A stretch of 64,000 nt of DNA from Marsupella aquatica (taxonomy: Eukaryota > Plantae > Marchantiophyta), in contig OZ316892.1 of NCBI GenBank assembly GCA_973895155.1, positions 30,262,932 through 30,326,931 on the forward strand. The letters run 5' to 3'. The position numbers and the translations under genes are program-made. The notes under the pieces were generated by a model, which saw nothing but the letters and a program-made list of their open reading frames with translations, did not search any database and was not told the DNA's origin. Positions 1 through 13,410 of this stretch are shown here, piece by piece. Within the stretch, counting starts at the first letter, position 1, and every line of letters starts with the position of its first letter.

Positions 1-2496
1 CTAGTCAAGACAAGCTTAAGGACATCAAAGAATGGGAGCGCCCGTCCAATGTAAGGCAAGTTAGGGCCTTCTTGGGTTTTACGGGGTTCTATCGGAGATA
101 CATGAAAGACTATGCGAGGATCGCAAGGCCCCTAAATGCGCTAACGTTGAAAAACAAAGTGTTTGTGTGAACACAGGATTGCGAGTTAGCATTCCTAGAA
201 CTTAAGCGGCTAATGATAATGCTGCCAGTTCTAAAGTTACCTGAGATGGGGAAACCGTTCGAGATTTGGACAGATGCAAGTGATTACGCCATTGGCGCCT
301 GTCTTCACCAAGATGGGCGCCCGGTGGCCTTCGAGTCATGTAAGTTGGAAAATCATTGGATCACGCCGGAAAGGGAAATGTATGCGGTGATCTATGCGTT
401 GAAGAAGTGGGAAATTTACCTTAAGAACGGTCCCAAGGTGATAATCCACACAGATAGCTCGCCGGCGGGGTACTTCAGGTGGAAAGCATGATTGAGGGGT
501 ACATAAAAAGGATCTCCAAAGTCTCCACCAAAAGGAGTGAGTCCTAGTGAATTTTGCAATAAATTGGGGGGTGTTACACTCAAGGGTTGTGATCTTATTT
601 TGGCACATCAAAGGCTATCATTTAACCTAGATCTTTGGAAGTGTGCCCCATCTTTGAGGAAGTGTACCAAACTTTTAGGAAGTGTGTCCAACTTTGAGGA
701 AGTATGTCCAACCTTTGAGGAAGTGTGTCAATCTTTAATTTACTCCTTGCTAACCTCCTTTTTTAATGAGGACTATGAGATCGTGGAGCAAATCCAAGTC
801 CTTTTTGCACTTTTTGGTACCCCTCAATCTTGCTTTCCACCTTCAGTTCTAAGCCAAGACTGAACCCCAAGGAAATGCGCTGGCAGATGTTCTTGGCGGA
901 TTTTGACTTTGAAGTCCGCCACGTTCGAGGGAAGACAAATACGGCAGCTGACGCGTTATTGCGTAAGGACCATCATCGGGTCAATGGGATCATAATGATT
1001 GAATCCGAGTGGCCTAAGGTTTTGGCCCAAGCGTATGAGGATGACAGGTTAGCCAAGGAATGGCAAAGCAATGGGGGTAGCCAAGGCAGGGTGAGGCACG
1101 TATCTTTGGGGTTGGATACGCATAATGTCCAGTTATGGCGGTACAAACAAAGGTGTGTGTACATCCCAGAGTCTCTAAGGTTAGAGGTTCTGCAAAAGTA
1201 CCACGACTCGCCCTGGGGAGGGCATGGCAGACAAGCTGCTACGTATCGCAGCATGTCTAGAGATGTGTATTGGCAGGACATGAAGCAATTGGTTCTTCAC
1301 CACGTGCAAAGTTGTTACTCATGCCAAAAAACCGAACGGTTTATAGGGCAAAAGGAGGACTTCTGCAACCCTTACCAGTCGCTGCGGCTCCATGGGAGTC
1401 AATCTCCATGGACTTCATTGTTGGGTTACCTGAGTCCCACGGCAGTAACTCCATCTTAACAATTGTGGATTGTTTTTCCAAGATGGCCTATTTCTTACCG
1501 ACTACAAAAATGGTGTCAGCCAAGGAAGTTGCCTGTCTAGTATTTGACAATGTCTTCCGACTATGGGGATTGCCGTTGCATATCCTGTCCGACCGCGATA
1601 CCAAGTTCACAGGTCATTTCTGGAAGGCGTTGTTCCGGTTATCCGGAACAGACCTGACAAGGGGATCAGCGTATCATCATGAAACAAATGGCCAAACGGA
1701 ACGGGTTAATGGTATCGTGGAGGACTACTTGCGTCACTTTGTGATGGCCAATCAAAAGGATTGGGCAAAACACTTAACAATGGCCGAGTTTAGGTATAAC
1801 TTGACCAAGCATTCGGCAACGGGGTTTGCCCCGTTTGTATTGGCCACCGGGAGGACGCCGAGGGCGCCCTCCTGGTTCATAAATCCGGAAGCTTGGCGGA
1901 CAGAAAGCAAGGTTCCTTCTGCGGACAATTTTATTCGAGAGCGGCGCCTAGTTGTGGAAGCGGCTACCAAGGGGATGACCCTTGCCCAAAGTCGGTACAA
2001 GGAACAAGGGGATAAACATCGACGCCAGGTAAGCTTTGAAATTGGGGAGAGCGTCTGGTTACAGTTGAGACCTGAGCAATACCACGGGAACATAAGTAGG
2101 AAGCTGGCTCCCAGATATGCAGGGCCCTATCGTATCATACGATGGGCCCACAAGGATAATCCGGTTTCGGTGGTGTTGGAGACACCCAAAGAAATGGGCG
2201 TGGGCAAGAGCTACCATGTTAGCCGACTCAAGAAGTTTGTCAAAGACGATGATCCCAACCGGGATCAAGTCTTGCGTCCGGACGCCATGCTGGTGGAGGA
2301 CGCAGAGGAGTTTGAGGTGGAGGCAATTCTGGACCACCGTTACAAACGCAAGTTGGGAAGGCAAATCTTAGAGTATTTGGTTAAGTGGGCTGGCTATGAT
2401 CAAGCCGAGAGTACTTGGGAACCGGAGGAAAATTTGAGTAATGCCTCTGAGATCCTTGGAAGCTATCGTAAGCGAAGCGGTTTACCGTCGTTGTGA
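1..2496 (+). pseudogene. pol: Ty3/gypsy chromovirus pol, 3' part (end of RT, RNase H, integrase, chromodomain), disrupted
   Basis: RNase H motif WTDASDYAIGACL; integrase HHCC (YHDSPWGGH...CYSCQK), DDE core (ISMDFI/ILSDRD/GQTERVN) and GPY; C-terminal chromodomain FEVEAILDHR...YLVKWAGYDQAESTWEPEENL. Broken by a TGA near 168, the MITE at 478-841 and a frameshift in an A-run near 1326-1331. Confidence 0.95.
478..841. mobile_element. MITE (364 bp) inserted in the chromovirus RNase H
   Basis: 25-bp TIRs with 1 mismatch (GGTGGAAAGCA[T/A]GATTGAGGGGTAC). TTCA duplicated at 474-477 and 842-845. Removing it restores the frame PAGYFSSKPRLN. About five internal ~20-bp tandem units (CTTTGAGGAAGTGTGTCCAA-like) at ~633-735. 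Confidence 0.9.
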
Positions 2497-2923
2497 ACTG
2501 GTACAGGCAGCTGTAGCTACCTTTGTGAGTTGTATCCTAGTTTCACTCCTCTCGGCCTCTTGAGAGTAAAGTTGGATTGCGTTGGAGCTAGAGGTTGTTG
2601 GGCGGCCGATTTGCTTTTTGCGAGTGGAAGTTGATGGTGCCCGCCTTACATCTGTGGGCGGGCTAGTTTGAACTAAAGGGGAGTACCCTAAGGGGAGAAC
2701 ATGGGGTCCAATGAGTTTGGAGTTAGCTTACCCGATTGGACTGGCATCCTACTTGGATAAGTGGGATAGGTTGGAATTTCCTAAGTTTGGAATGCGCACA
2801 CCAACCTGGTTTGCATCAGCCTAATGGGCAAACCAATGGTTATCTTATAAAAAAAAATCTAGACCTAAGTTGGTCTAGGCGTGCTCGAACATTTACTTAG
2901 GTCACGCAGACGTGACCATTTTT

Positions 2924-2935
2924 AAAGGGGGGGAG
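2924..2935 (+). promoter_or_regulatory. Polypurine tract of the chromovirus; 3' LTR lost or truncated
   Basis: AAAGGGGGGGAG about 430 bp after the pol stop, preceded by a small hairpin GGTCACG-CAGA-CGTGACC. No recognisable LTR follows. Confidence 0.65.
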
Positions 2936-2995
2936 CAAGTCGCGGAACTCGACTACCTCAACACTTACCTCCGGCGTCGCTGACTCCAAGGAGAA

Positions 2996-5785
2996 ATGGC
3001 AGAGGAGTTCGAACCTTTCCAAGAAGGCAGACTCAGACTTGAGGTCGAAGAACGAATCGAAACTTCAAGAACTCAAGATAAGGTCGAAGAAACCCTGGAA
3101 GAAGCCATGGAAAGACTTAAAACCCACCAAGGAGCTGGCAGTAGTTTGAGATCGGCTCCTACCAGAAGGGTTAAAATACCCATGTTCAAGGGAGCACCTG
3201 ATGAAGATGCCGATACCCACTTAGCACGTTTCGAAGAAATGCTCAGAGCTAACCACGAACATAATGACATAGCTCAATTAGAGCTGTTTCCCAGCTCACT
3301 GGACAAAGAGGCTTTTGTATGGTACACTCAATACCCAGCTGACCATTTCAAAACTTGGCCTGAGTTTTCAAAAGAATTCTTAGATCATTACAGAAGGGCT
3401 AAGGAAGAATCCGATTTGTATAGCATTATGCAGAACATGACTCAGAAGAAAGGAGAACCAGTACAGAACTATATTGGACGGTTAAAGGTAACAATGAGGC
3501 GATTAACTAACAAACCGTCCAACAGGCAGCGAATTAGCTGGATGAGAAAGGCTGTAAAGGGAAGTCTAGTCACAGTGGTAGAACAAAATCCCACTTCTAA
3601 TGCTGACGAATACGAGAAAAGATTAATACGACTAGAAGGCATTACTCAGATGCTTAACCAGGAAAAGAACGAAAGCAGTAAGGATGAAGAGAGGGTTAAC
3701 CGGAAAACAGAACCTTCTAAAGTAGAAGTCAAGGAAAACCGAGAGCGAAGCGAGCTTAGTACTCAAAAATTCTGTGAAATACATATGAGGCCTGGACATA
3801 CTACTCAGGAATGCAACCAGAATCCTTTTAAAAAGAAACCTAGCCTAGGTGTAAATCAGGTAGGAACAAGCAAACAAGATGGGGATAGGATGGAAAGTAG
3901 TCAGGGATATTACAATCCGGATCGTAATGCAAACCGAAGGCCCTATAAGGATGGTGGTACTAAATACCCACCGATTTGCTATTACTGCCGACTAACCGGT
4001 CACATCAGGGGGCCCGATTGTGAATTATGGATGAAGCACATGAAGGAAAAAGAAGAAATAGTGGGGAAAGCCCCAGCACCCGTGAATACTATGCAGGTAT
4101 CCACGAATGTGGTGACCAGATCTCAAGGGCAACCGGAGGTTTCAAATCTAGTAAATCCACCAGGAGCAGAAGTCGAGTTCAATTGGAGCCAGATGGACGC
4201 CACCACACGAGATACGGTGGAAGAGATTCGCCACCAACAACAAGACAAGATTCTGCCACGACCTGAACAATTAACGCGTTCAGAGCCATACGCAGAACCC
4301 GAGGCAGAGATCCTGGGACAAGGAGTGACAATGGGTGGTTTCGACCAAGAAACGGGGCAGCTTCCAGGGGAGGAAGAACCACCTATTACCCCAGCAGAAG
4401 CAAACAAGCGAATAGTGGATAAACTGGTGCAACTCATTTCAAAGACACGAGTTGACCTTACCATTGAAGAATTGTTCCAGTTAGCACCCCAGTGCAAGGA
4501 AGCGGTAATGAGGAAATTAGTGGGCAGAATCAGCCCCACCACACTTCCAGGGGTACCACTGTACCAGGCAGGTAAGATTCCATTAATTGATAAGGGGGCC
4601 GTAGTCCAGATAAGCATGAGGGGCATCAAGCTTAAAAACGTACTACTAGACAGAGGATCAGCCGTTAAGCTCATGAGCGAGCAGACTTATAGACAGTTGG
4701 GAAGGGTTAAGCTTTTACCTGCACTGTTTAACCTGGTGATGGCCGACCAGAGCAGCTGTCATCCACTGGGTTACGTACCAGACTTACCGATGCTGATTTC
4801 AGGTATCAAGTATAATTTAGGGGTAGTAGTCTTGAGAGAAGCAAACTCTACCAGAGGGCAACCGATGTTGTTGGGGCGACCTTGGCTAAGACAAGCCAAG
4901 GTGAAACAACATTGGGGGGAAGAGAAGGACTACATCAAGATCGAACACAAGGGGGAGACCTTCAAAATCAGGACGAAGGCGATCAAAGACGGGACACCAC
5001 CAAAGGCCCGGGTTTGCACTCTGAATTGGGCGGAAGGGTTGAACGAGGATGAAGAAGAAACTTATCTGAAATGCCGCCCAGACCTTGTACCGATTTCTGA
5101 TGTGGAAGTCGTCAAGTTGGATGAGATACAAGGGATGACCAGAGAGAAGATGAACCATGATTTGAGGAAGGACCTGTTCAAACATATAGACCCACAAGGA
5201 ATTCAAGAATGTCCTTTGAAGGAAGAAACAGCGCAAATCACCCTTGGCACCGTACCAGAGAAGGTAGTAGGGTGGGGAGCCACGGAAGAAGAACACATTC
5301 AGAGGATCGATTTGGGTGATACCGAACGGCCACGGGAAGTGAAAATTGGGAAGCACCTTTCCCCAGGGCATAAACAGGAATTGATTGCACTACTTACAGA
5401 TTTTCGGGATGTATTTGCCTGGGATTACACAGAGCTAAAAGGAGTACTAGAATCAATTGGTGTACACCGAATCCAACTCGTACCAGGATCGGTTCCGGTA
5501 CATACCCAACGATATCGGATGAACCCCAACTACGCAGAGAAGGTAAAAGAGGAGATACAGAGACTCCTCGACGCCAAATTTATTGAACCCGTTAATCGTT
5601 ACACATGGTTATCTCCGATAGTCGTAGTTCCAAAGAAAAACGGGAAGCTAAGAGTGTGTATTGATTTCAGAAAGTTAAATGTGGCCACTATAAAAGACCC
5701 TTTTCCTGTACCATTTCTAGAGGCAGTTCTAGACATCGTAGCAGGCAAGTCAGCATATTCCTTTGCCGTGAACCTTTACATGTGA
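2996..5785 (+). pseudogene. gag-pol: Ty3/gypsy (non-chromoviral) Gag-protease-RT polyprotein, 3'-truncated in RT (family A)
   Basis: Retrotransposon gag (FKGAPDEDADTHL, AFVWY), Zn knuckles CEIH...HTTQEC and CYYCRLTGH...C, protease LLDRGSA...LLGRPWL, RT start PKKNGKLRVCIDFRKLN. Homology stops at AGKSAYSFA. No stop or frameshift between PR and RT. Confidence 0.93.
5746..5770 (+). repeat. 25-bp perfect direct repeat, copy 1 (copy 2 at 17289-17313)
   Basis: CAAGTCAGCATATTCCTTTGCCGTG occurs identically at both places. Confidence 0.9.
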
Positions 5786-6352
5786 TTATGTTCACAAATA
5801 TTACAGCGTTTTTTAGATGATTCTCATCTTTTATTTAAGTTCAAACAATTATAAAATAAATATATTTGATGAAGCACTAAAATATAAAGATCTCAGTGTT
5901 TATTAATTATATATTAGTAAAGATCATTGTGTACAAACTCATGTTGATTATAATATAGTATAATTTATTTAAGTTATCTTAGTTATCCTGATATCAAAAT
6001 TTCTTTTGAAAATTTTGTTATTGTAGAATATAGAATATTATTACCTATTAGAAATGATTATTTATTTTCATTTCGTAATAACATTGTCTATGGAACAGGA
6101 TATAAAATTCCAACATCAAATCCTACATACGTAAGAGTTGTTATCGTAAACAAAAAATTAGATAGATTTTTACAAAAAAAACATTAATAAAAAGACCAAA
6201 AAATATTATTCATATCTATAATTTTTTAAATTTTAAATTTTACATTTCAATCTTTAAATATTATATTTTTTAAATTAAAACTTTATTATTTATTTATTTT
6301 AGTTTATCTGCTTCCAAAATTACGTCTTTGTATTCACTTATTCCAACATAAG

Positions 6353-6433
6353 ATCTAAAAACTTATATGAAATCAATTTCCAATAGCTTATAGGTTGACA
6401 CACACATTAGAATGCGCGACCAATGTAATGAAA
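6353..6433 (+). repeat. Dispersed ~80-bp repeat (second copy 10036-10116), probably from a decayed DNA transposon
   Basis: ATCTAAAAAC...ATGAAATCA.TTTC.AATAGCTT.TAGG...CACACACA.TAGA.TGCGCGACCAATG..ATGAAA at both sites. Confidence 0.7.
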
Positions 6434-9400
6434 GCTCACTCTAAACATATAAATTGTTTCACGCCACACTTTCACCAACCACCATAGCATCTCTAGAACC
6501 AATTTCAAGGTCAATGACTATCCTCTCAGCTTGAGACAAACATTTGACAATAGTCTTAGTTGTTACCTGAGGATCAAAGGACATAAATTTCATCCCATCA
6601 AATGTCATGGATATGAGAAATGTATCAATCTTTTTTTTCATATTCTGAGTGATAACATCTTCTTCATGGGACGTGCAACCTTTAGAGGACAACATCTTGT
6701 GCCAATTTGTCCTTTGCCACAATTACCTTAGGACACCAAAGTCTTCTGGTCCTTTGATTTCGAGCAAAAAAGTTAAAAATATCAGGCACTACATTTGAAT
6801 TTTTTGAAGTTTAATTTGTTTGGTTTTGTCAAGGTGTGCAACTCTAACTGTTTGAGGCATTTTGAAGATTGTGTTGCAACGCGCACTTGGGCTTGGATGC
6901 TTAGTTGTAGTATTTGGGAAGTTAAAAGTAATAGTTTTCCCTCAAAGATCACCCACGGTTCGTGTGGAGGGTAGATTGTTGTAGTTTTTGCTGCTATGAA
7001 ATTAAGTATTGTTGAATTCTCGTGCCTTTGGTGGATTGTATTGACTTACTCTGGTAGATTCCCTTTGGAGGATTGTATTGACTTGCCTCTAGTGGACCCT
7101 CCACTTGTAGCCAATGCAATCTCGCCCACCTCAGTGCCTCAAGCTGGCGACAACCTCAAAGTCTCACCCAAGCCCCGCACCTTCCACGCACTTCACGAAC
7201 AAGACAGAAAGAATAGAATACTACGAATGGCCTTGGGTTGATCGTCTTGTAAGGCAACACAACAATGGTGAGCTGATGGAAGTAAAGATCCAACTCAAGA
7301 GGAATCGAGACTCGAGAGCTTAGCAAGCGAGACCGGGAATCGATAGCACAATAAGCAAAATCAACTGAAGACAAAATGCAAAGAAGCAAAAGAGTGTCTC
7401 ATTCCTTCCTTCCGAGCAGCAATGGCAGCGATGGCAAACAAAGGAAGCAAAAAAATAAACTTTACACCTACAACCCGTTGTCGTGGTAACTTTGGTGCAC
7501 ACATTACACTTAAGTTACACGGGTATATTTTGGGGTTGCAACATCTCAACTTAAGATGACAAATAAGACCATAAGTTGGGTATCTATGCTTGTAGCGGGT
7601 TGCCAATTCATAAAGAGACAAGGAACGAGAGGAGGAAGCAACAACTCGAAGGCAAGAAAGCAGCAATGGACGGAGTGCACGGGGCGCCAATTGGATTTCC
7701 GAATCACGTTAAATTTTAGTTTCGGGTTATGAAGAAAATTCATTTTGGCAATTCATTGTCCATCATTTTGGTGTGCAACTCTTTCGGGAGGTTGAAGAAT
7801 CCGCACAACCTTTGTTCTTATCCACACTTACATATGCACATAAATGGGTTATATGTTTTTACGTTTTAACATAGTAACTAGTTTGGGTATAAAGGTTGGT
7901 GATTCATCATGCCTAGTTACAAAATTTAGGCATCCTATGATGGATTAGAGTGATGACAAAGCACTTCTAAATAAAGTATTGTGGGCTACAGGAATAAGTA
8001 TCATAAACTAGAGTATAAACCTACTAGGTGGTTTTACTTTTCCACTAGACTTGTGACATAGCAAAATATATAGGGATATATGACATGCATGTGTAAAAAG
8101 ACCTTGCATGGTTGCATGACCATTTAGAATCAAACACATGGCCAATTAGGTGTCGAAAGGAAGATAAAGCATGGAAACATGTCCAATAGCATCCAAACAT
8201 CTTATTGATTACATGTTCAAATATTATTGGACCGTGTGTACCAAAGAGGTGAGTCATTATCCCTCCAAAGCACTATAAATAAGAGGCCTAACCCTTGGGG
8301 AGCATGGTGATTTTTCTTCATTATTCCAATTCTATGTGCAAGAGTAGTGTGGAAAGTATGAGAATTCATAGAATGTGCTTAGAAACTAGAAATTTGATAT
8401 TGTTAGGAATTTAGTAAGTAGTGAAGGTTTTTCTATATAGAAAATCATTGTGGTCTATGTTTCTTGGAGAGATAGTATTATAACTTTGATCACCTTGATG
8501 AGCACACAAACTTTTCTTTTGGAATCACTTGATTTAGGTACAATGCTAGGAAGTTATGATGACTTAACAATTTAGATTATACTCAAATAGAACCATATTT
8601 TTTTGAGTTTGAATATCGTTTGTCATGTTTTTCTAGAATAAGATGCATAATTGAAATTTTTCTTGGAGATAGACAAGAAGCTATGTCATGCCTAGGAAAA
8701 AGTTTCAAGGGTGTATCTATTTTTATGTAAGATATATAATATGGTAATAGTGAAAGGATCTTCATAGCCTGCAATCTACATAGGTCTCACATTTCTCTTT
8801 ATAATTATTGATCAAGATAAAATTTTGACTCGAACCTTTGAGGGGTGATAGGATAACAAATACTTGATTTGCATGTTAGGATTCAAAGGAAGTCGATAAC
8901 CATAGGTGAATTTTTTATATTCAAAAAATCTGTACTGTGATTTTTAACCAGAAGATGGACCTTAATAGAGTTTCTAGGTCTGATTTTAGTATAGATTGTA
9001 ATGTTTGAGTGATGTGTCACTGAAAGACCGAGTTTTGAGCATTTATCATTAGAAACTTTGAGGAGTCAGCATACACCATGATCACTTCATCCCCGGTTCC
9101 ATTTGTTGTTCCCATGATAATTAAGCATTTTCGGGTAATGATCGTAGTATTTTATTAGCACATAGTACGCGCATTATTCTTCCGACAGACAGAAGCCCAA
9201 GCTTTCCCGACATCGCCCACGAACTTCATGACACCGCCGCCAAGGTCAATCCTCAATATTTTCTTGTGAAAACCCCTTAAGGACTTTTTAAAAAAATCTC
9301 GCAAAAACTTTGCAGATAAAATAAGTCAATCCCACATGATTGCTCCATAATAAATCTATTGGATACCGAAATGGTTCTCTGGTTTAGACAACAAATTCCT

Positions 9401-10298
9401 ACTTTTGCCTTTCTTGGCTGCCTGAAGAAGCCTTTTGCTTTGGCTTATTGCTTTTCTTCGGACAATTGCATCAACACCCTTCAACATCAGTAACCCAAGT
9501 GTACCCATTTCCGAAAATCATCTGAAAAGCTGGTTTTCAAAGTGGCCTCATAAAATCTGATCCAAAGCTCTCTTTCTGACTTGTCTTTGGATTGACAATC
9601 ATTAGGATGAGAAATATAATTTCTCTCAGACCGTCACTTTTCAATAAAAGAAAATTCACTTAAAGTCTCCATAACATTTGCTGGATCTTTTCTCTGCTTA
9701 ATGATATCTATAATTGAAGCATCAAATTCAGGAGAATTTTCATTATTTACCACAAATGCATCTAAAGCCTCCTCAACTATGTATTGCCAGAAATAACACT
9801 TTTACAACATTAGTCAATTCCTATGCACTCTTCATATCTTCATTTTCCTCAGTGGTTTCACACAAGAGATCTTCTGAAAGACAGTGTAAGCTATAAGCAA
9901 AAATCCCAAAAGGATAAATAGTCATCCAATTCTGAATAGTAGTTCCCTATCCATGCCCCAAATCTTTGGCTACTTCCAAAACGACGTCCGCAAATTGTAA
10001 AACAACTGCTTTCTAATCACTTGTTTCAGCATAAAATCTAAAAACCTCTATGAAATCAGTTTCTAATAGCTTTTAGGCTTCCACACACACTAGAGTGCGC
10101 GACCAATGCTATGAAACTAAGTTGTAGTATATTGAGCAATTTAACCCCCAAAATGGACCTTGATTTGGTCTAAAAAGCTATTAAACTACGCCCTTGACCG
10201 AGGGGGTTAGTCACAAAGGCTGAACTATTACATAGCTTCTAGGTGTGTTAAACAAGTTAAACCACAAATCAGGGTATAAGATGACCACCAGCCCTACC

Positions 10299-10880
10299 GA
10301 GATAAGTAATCTCATCAGTTATCAGTCACTTTTATCAGTCACTTTCATCAGTGTACCTGATATCAATTGCCACCTCATCTCAGAGAGGCCGCCAAGTTGC
10401 CATGCAAAAAAGAAAGAAATAAAGGAAAAAAAATTCTTGAATTTTTCTTTTCAATTTTTTTTTCGCCATGAGGCATCCGTACCGTACGGACACCTATCTC
10501 GGCGAGCCCAGCCGAGATGGGAAAAAAATTTCCGAATTTTTTTTTCAAAATTTTTTTTGGGAAAATTTTTGGTTTTTTTTTTTTTTTCAACACTTTTTTT
10601 CGGTCCGTACGCCCCATCTCGGCGAGGCCAGCTGAGATGGGGAAAACATTTTTTCGGGAAATTTTTTGGTTTTTTTTTTGGGGGATTTTTTTTCGGTCCA
10701 TACGCCCATCTCGGCGAGGTCAGCCGAGATTGAATCAACCTCGGCTGCCCAGCTGAGATGAGCGAAAGTTTGAAGGCCCCAACTCAACTCCTCAACTAAG
10801 ATTCTAAAATTTTTGAGATAACTGATATCAGCGACTGATATCAGTTATCAGTCACTGATAACTGATGATGTTGTGTACCC
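10299..10880. mobile_element. Mutator-like non-autonomous element / MITE with internal palindromic units
   Basis: Flanked by the direct repeat (C)CAGCCCTACC (10288-10298 and 10880-10890). Subterminal inverted TCATCAGTTATCAGT blocks. Three to four internal hairpins CCATCTCGGCGAG..CAGC.GAGATGG separated by poly-A/T tracts. Confidence 0.6.
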
Positions 10881-13250
10881 CAGCCCTACCAAGGTCTTGC
10901 AATCTTGTCTACAATTTGGTAACTCTACAACAATAGAGTGAAGTTGAACACAATTTATGCCCTCAATAGGTATTAATTTTATTTCATTATACAATATCCG
11001 AAAGTGAGAAGCTCCATTTTGAGCCCCAACTTTGTCAGGTCCTACTTGGTAGTTTTGATCAACATAATATAACTCTAGGCACAATTCAAATGATGTAAAC
11101 ATGGACTTTTGGGTCTTCTTTCATGAGCTTTTTTGGAGAGCTTTGCATCCCGCTGTTGATTTCATTGGTGCAAAAATAGAAAAATGTCAAAGAAACTCCC
11201 TCAAATTACAGTGTTCTCCCCCTCTCGCAAGAAAAAAGATAAAAACAAAGACCCTTTTTAACAAAGATTTATAAAACCAAAAGTTTATTATTATTATTTT
11301 TGAAATCCATCTCTAAAAGAGTAGTCCCTCTTCCAGCTGAAGAATACAATTTTTTAATTTTTTAACAATTATTTTTCCCCTCTTATTTACCCCCTTCAAA
11401 AGAGTCGTCCTTTTTCCAGGTGACCCATTTCAGCAAAAGGAAAAGAAATTAAAACAATAAAAATTAAAACTAGAATAAAATAAAGATACATATTCATATT
11501 TAATCTAGATAACTGAAGGAGAAATGTGGCCGTAGCTATAGCTTAAGTGTCGAGTTACTAATGATTGACCTTGAATGGATAATTCCAGAAGGCAGCGGAG
11601 CGATGGTAAAGAGATGGAATATGTTTGGTGACCTTGGGGAGAGATGGGATGGAGGAGAGTTGGGATGGTGGAGAGATGGTAGTGCATTGGAAAACGTCGA
11701 GCAAAGACAGGCAATATGAAGGAGCGGGGAGTGAGGCAATAAACATAGAAGTCAATAACAACACGACTGACTATTCAAGCATGTTCAGACTTGAGTCACA
11801 CACATCAAGCCAACAGACCCAATTCTTGGGCCACAGATAAGTACCCACACTCTATAAATAAAAAGTAGAATTCACCACTGAAATCTCTAAATTTGGATTT
11901 AGGTTTCTCTCGAGTAAAATGCACTGTAAATAGTATGCATCCATGAACTATCACTGCATGCTCAGATGGATCAAAGGACAATGCAATCTCCGACAATAGT
12001 AATTCGGAGGTGAAAATATTGACAAAGAAGTAGGTAAGGAGCACGCGGAGAATTCAGGCAATGAGAACGCATGAAACAGAAGCTACAATTCTAACACATG
12101 AAACAAGAAGGGTGGAGGGAAAGGAGCAATCAAGAAAAGATAAATAGAAACAAGAATACCGAAAAATGACCAGTAAACAGAAAAAGAATGATTATCCAAG
12201 AAACTGAAGCAAGTAGTATAAGACAGGTTGACAGACACACATACCAGAAATTCTAACCAAAGTGAAGTACGCCAATTGATGGAGGAACTCAGAAACAAGA
12301 GGATGCTCATAAGCACTAGGAACTCTGACTAAAGAGCAGTATGTCAAAGAAGGGTGATCAAGAAAAATAGTAAAGTATGTCAGTAAATAGTGCCCAAGCA
12401 TACAACAAGGGTGTCAGATTAGCCAGGAAGCACGAGGAAGTAGAGAAGAACATGAAAGGTAGAATTACAAATGCATAGGATCTCTCAAGAATAATGAAGA
12501 AACAAGAACATGATAGGATGAGAAGGAAAGAATCACTGACAAACAAAATGACAAAGACACGACGTAGCAGAAAGGTAAGTAGAAAGATACAAAACCAAGT
12601 AAAAAAGATTTTTAAAAAAGAGTGATAGTCAGAGTGAAAGTCATGAGCAAATTAAAAGATGCGAACAGAAAAATAACAGAAAGCGAAAGAAGGTACTAAC
12701 ATCAGACAAAAAGTGATCTAAAAAATAATGACAGATTTAAGGAATCATGTCCAAAAAACTTAAGAGTATACACATATCCCCGCACGTACCATACACTTAA
12801 GAACGTAAGTTCCTAAGGATAATAGAGCAAACAAGAAATCAATTGCAAACACGCAATAAGCACCAAGGGGGAAGGGTAGGACATGATACACACACATTCA
12901 TAAACTTCAACCCTATGATTTCTACATAGTTCAGCAAGTGTGAGAAAGAATAATTAGTCCATATCAAAAAATTGTGTAACACATACACAAATGGCCATGC
13001 TCAACAAAATTTTCAAGGCGGGAGGATTGGAGTGTGCGAGGAGAGATAACCAGCATAATTCAATTCTGGCAATGACAATGGATGTTGCGCAAAGGGAGCC
13101 CCGATTGGGGAAAGAACCATGGAGGGAAGTAGAGGAAGAAACAAACAATAAGAGAGTACGATGTCGTGAGGATTTTTTATTTAGTTAGATCCTCATAATT
13201 ATAGCTTATTAGTATAGGATATTAGTTTAAATTCTCGTATAATATGCATG

Positions 13251-13410
13251 TGTACAGTGTGCATGCTACAGTGTACGGTCTATAGTGTGCATGCTACAGT
13301 GCACGACCTACAATGTGCATGCTATAGTGTACGATCTATAGTATGCATGCTATAGTGTACGACCTACAGTGTGCATGCTACAGTATACGATCTACAGTAT
13401 GCATGCTACA
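13251..13410 (+). repeat. Tandem ~27-bp subrepeats in a probable LTR fragment (~13160-13940)
   Basis: About six units of TACAGTGTGCATGCTACAGTGTACGACC-like sequence, followed by CTATAAATA at ~13521 and a ~100-bp direct repeat (CTTATGAAGTAGACCCAC...) at ~13632 and ~13816. Confidence 0.7.

Noticed and set aside
633-735. Regular ~20-bp repeats as a CRISPR-like array
   Set aside because: Units are contiguous with no unique spacers and lie inside a MITE; no cas-like genes.
7675-7692. Possible minus-strand PBS (TGGCGCCCCGTGCAC)
   Set aside because: No adjacent LTR end or downstream gag could be supported.
9240-10020. Possible decayed pogo/CENP-B-like transposase on the minus strand
   Set aside because: Too many stops; no catalytic motif could be read with confidence.
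10245-10787. Overlapping Phe- or Lys-rich ORFs
   Set aside because: Artefacts of the poly-T/poly-A tracts in the MITE.
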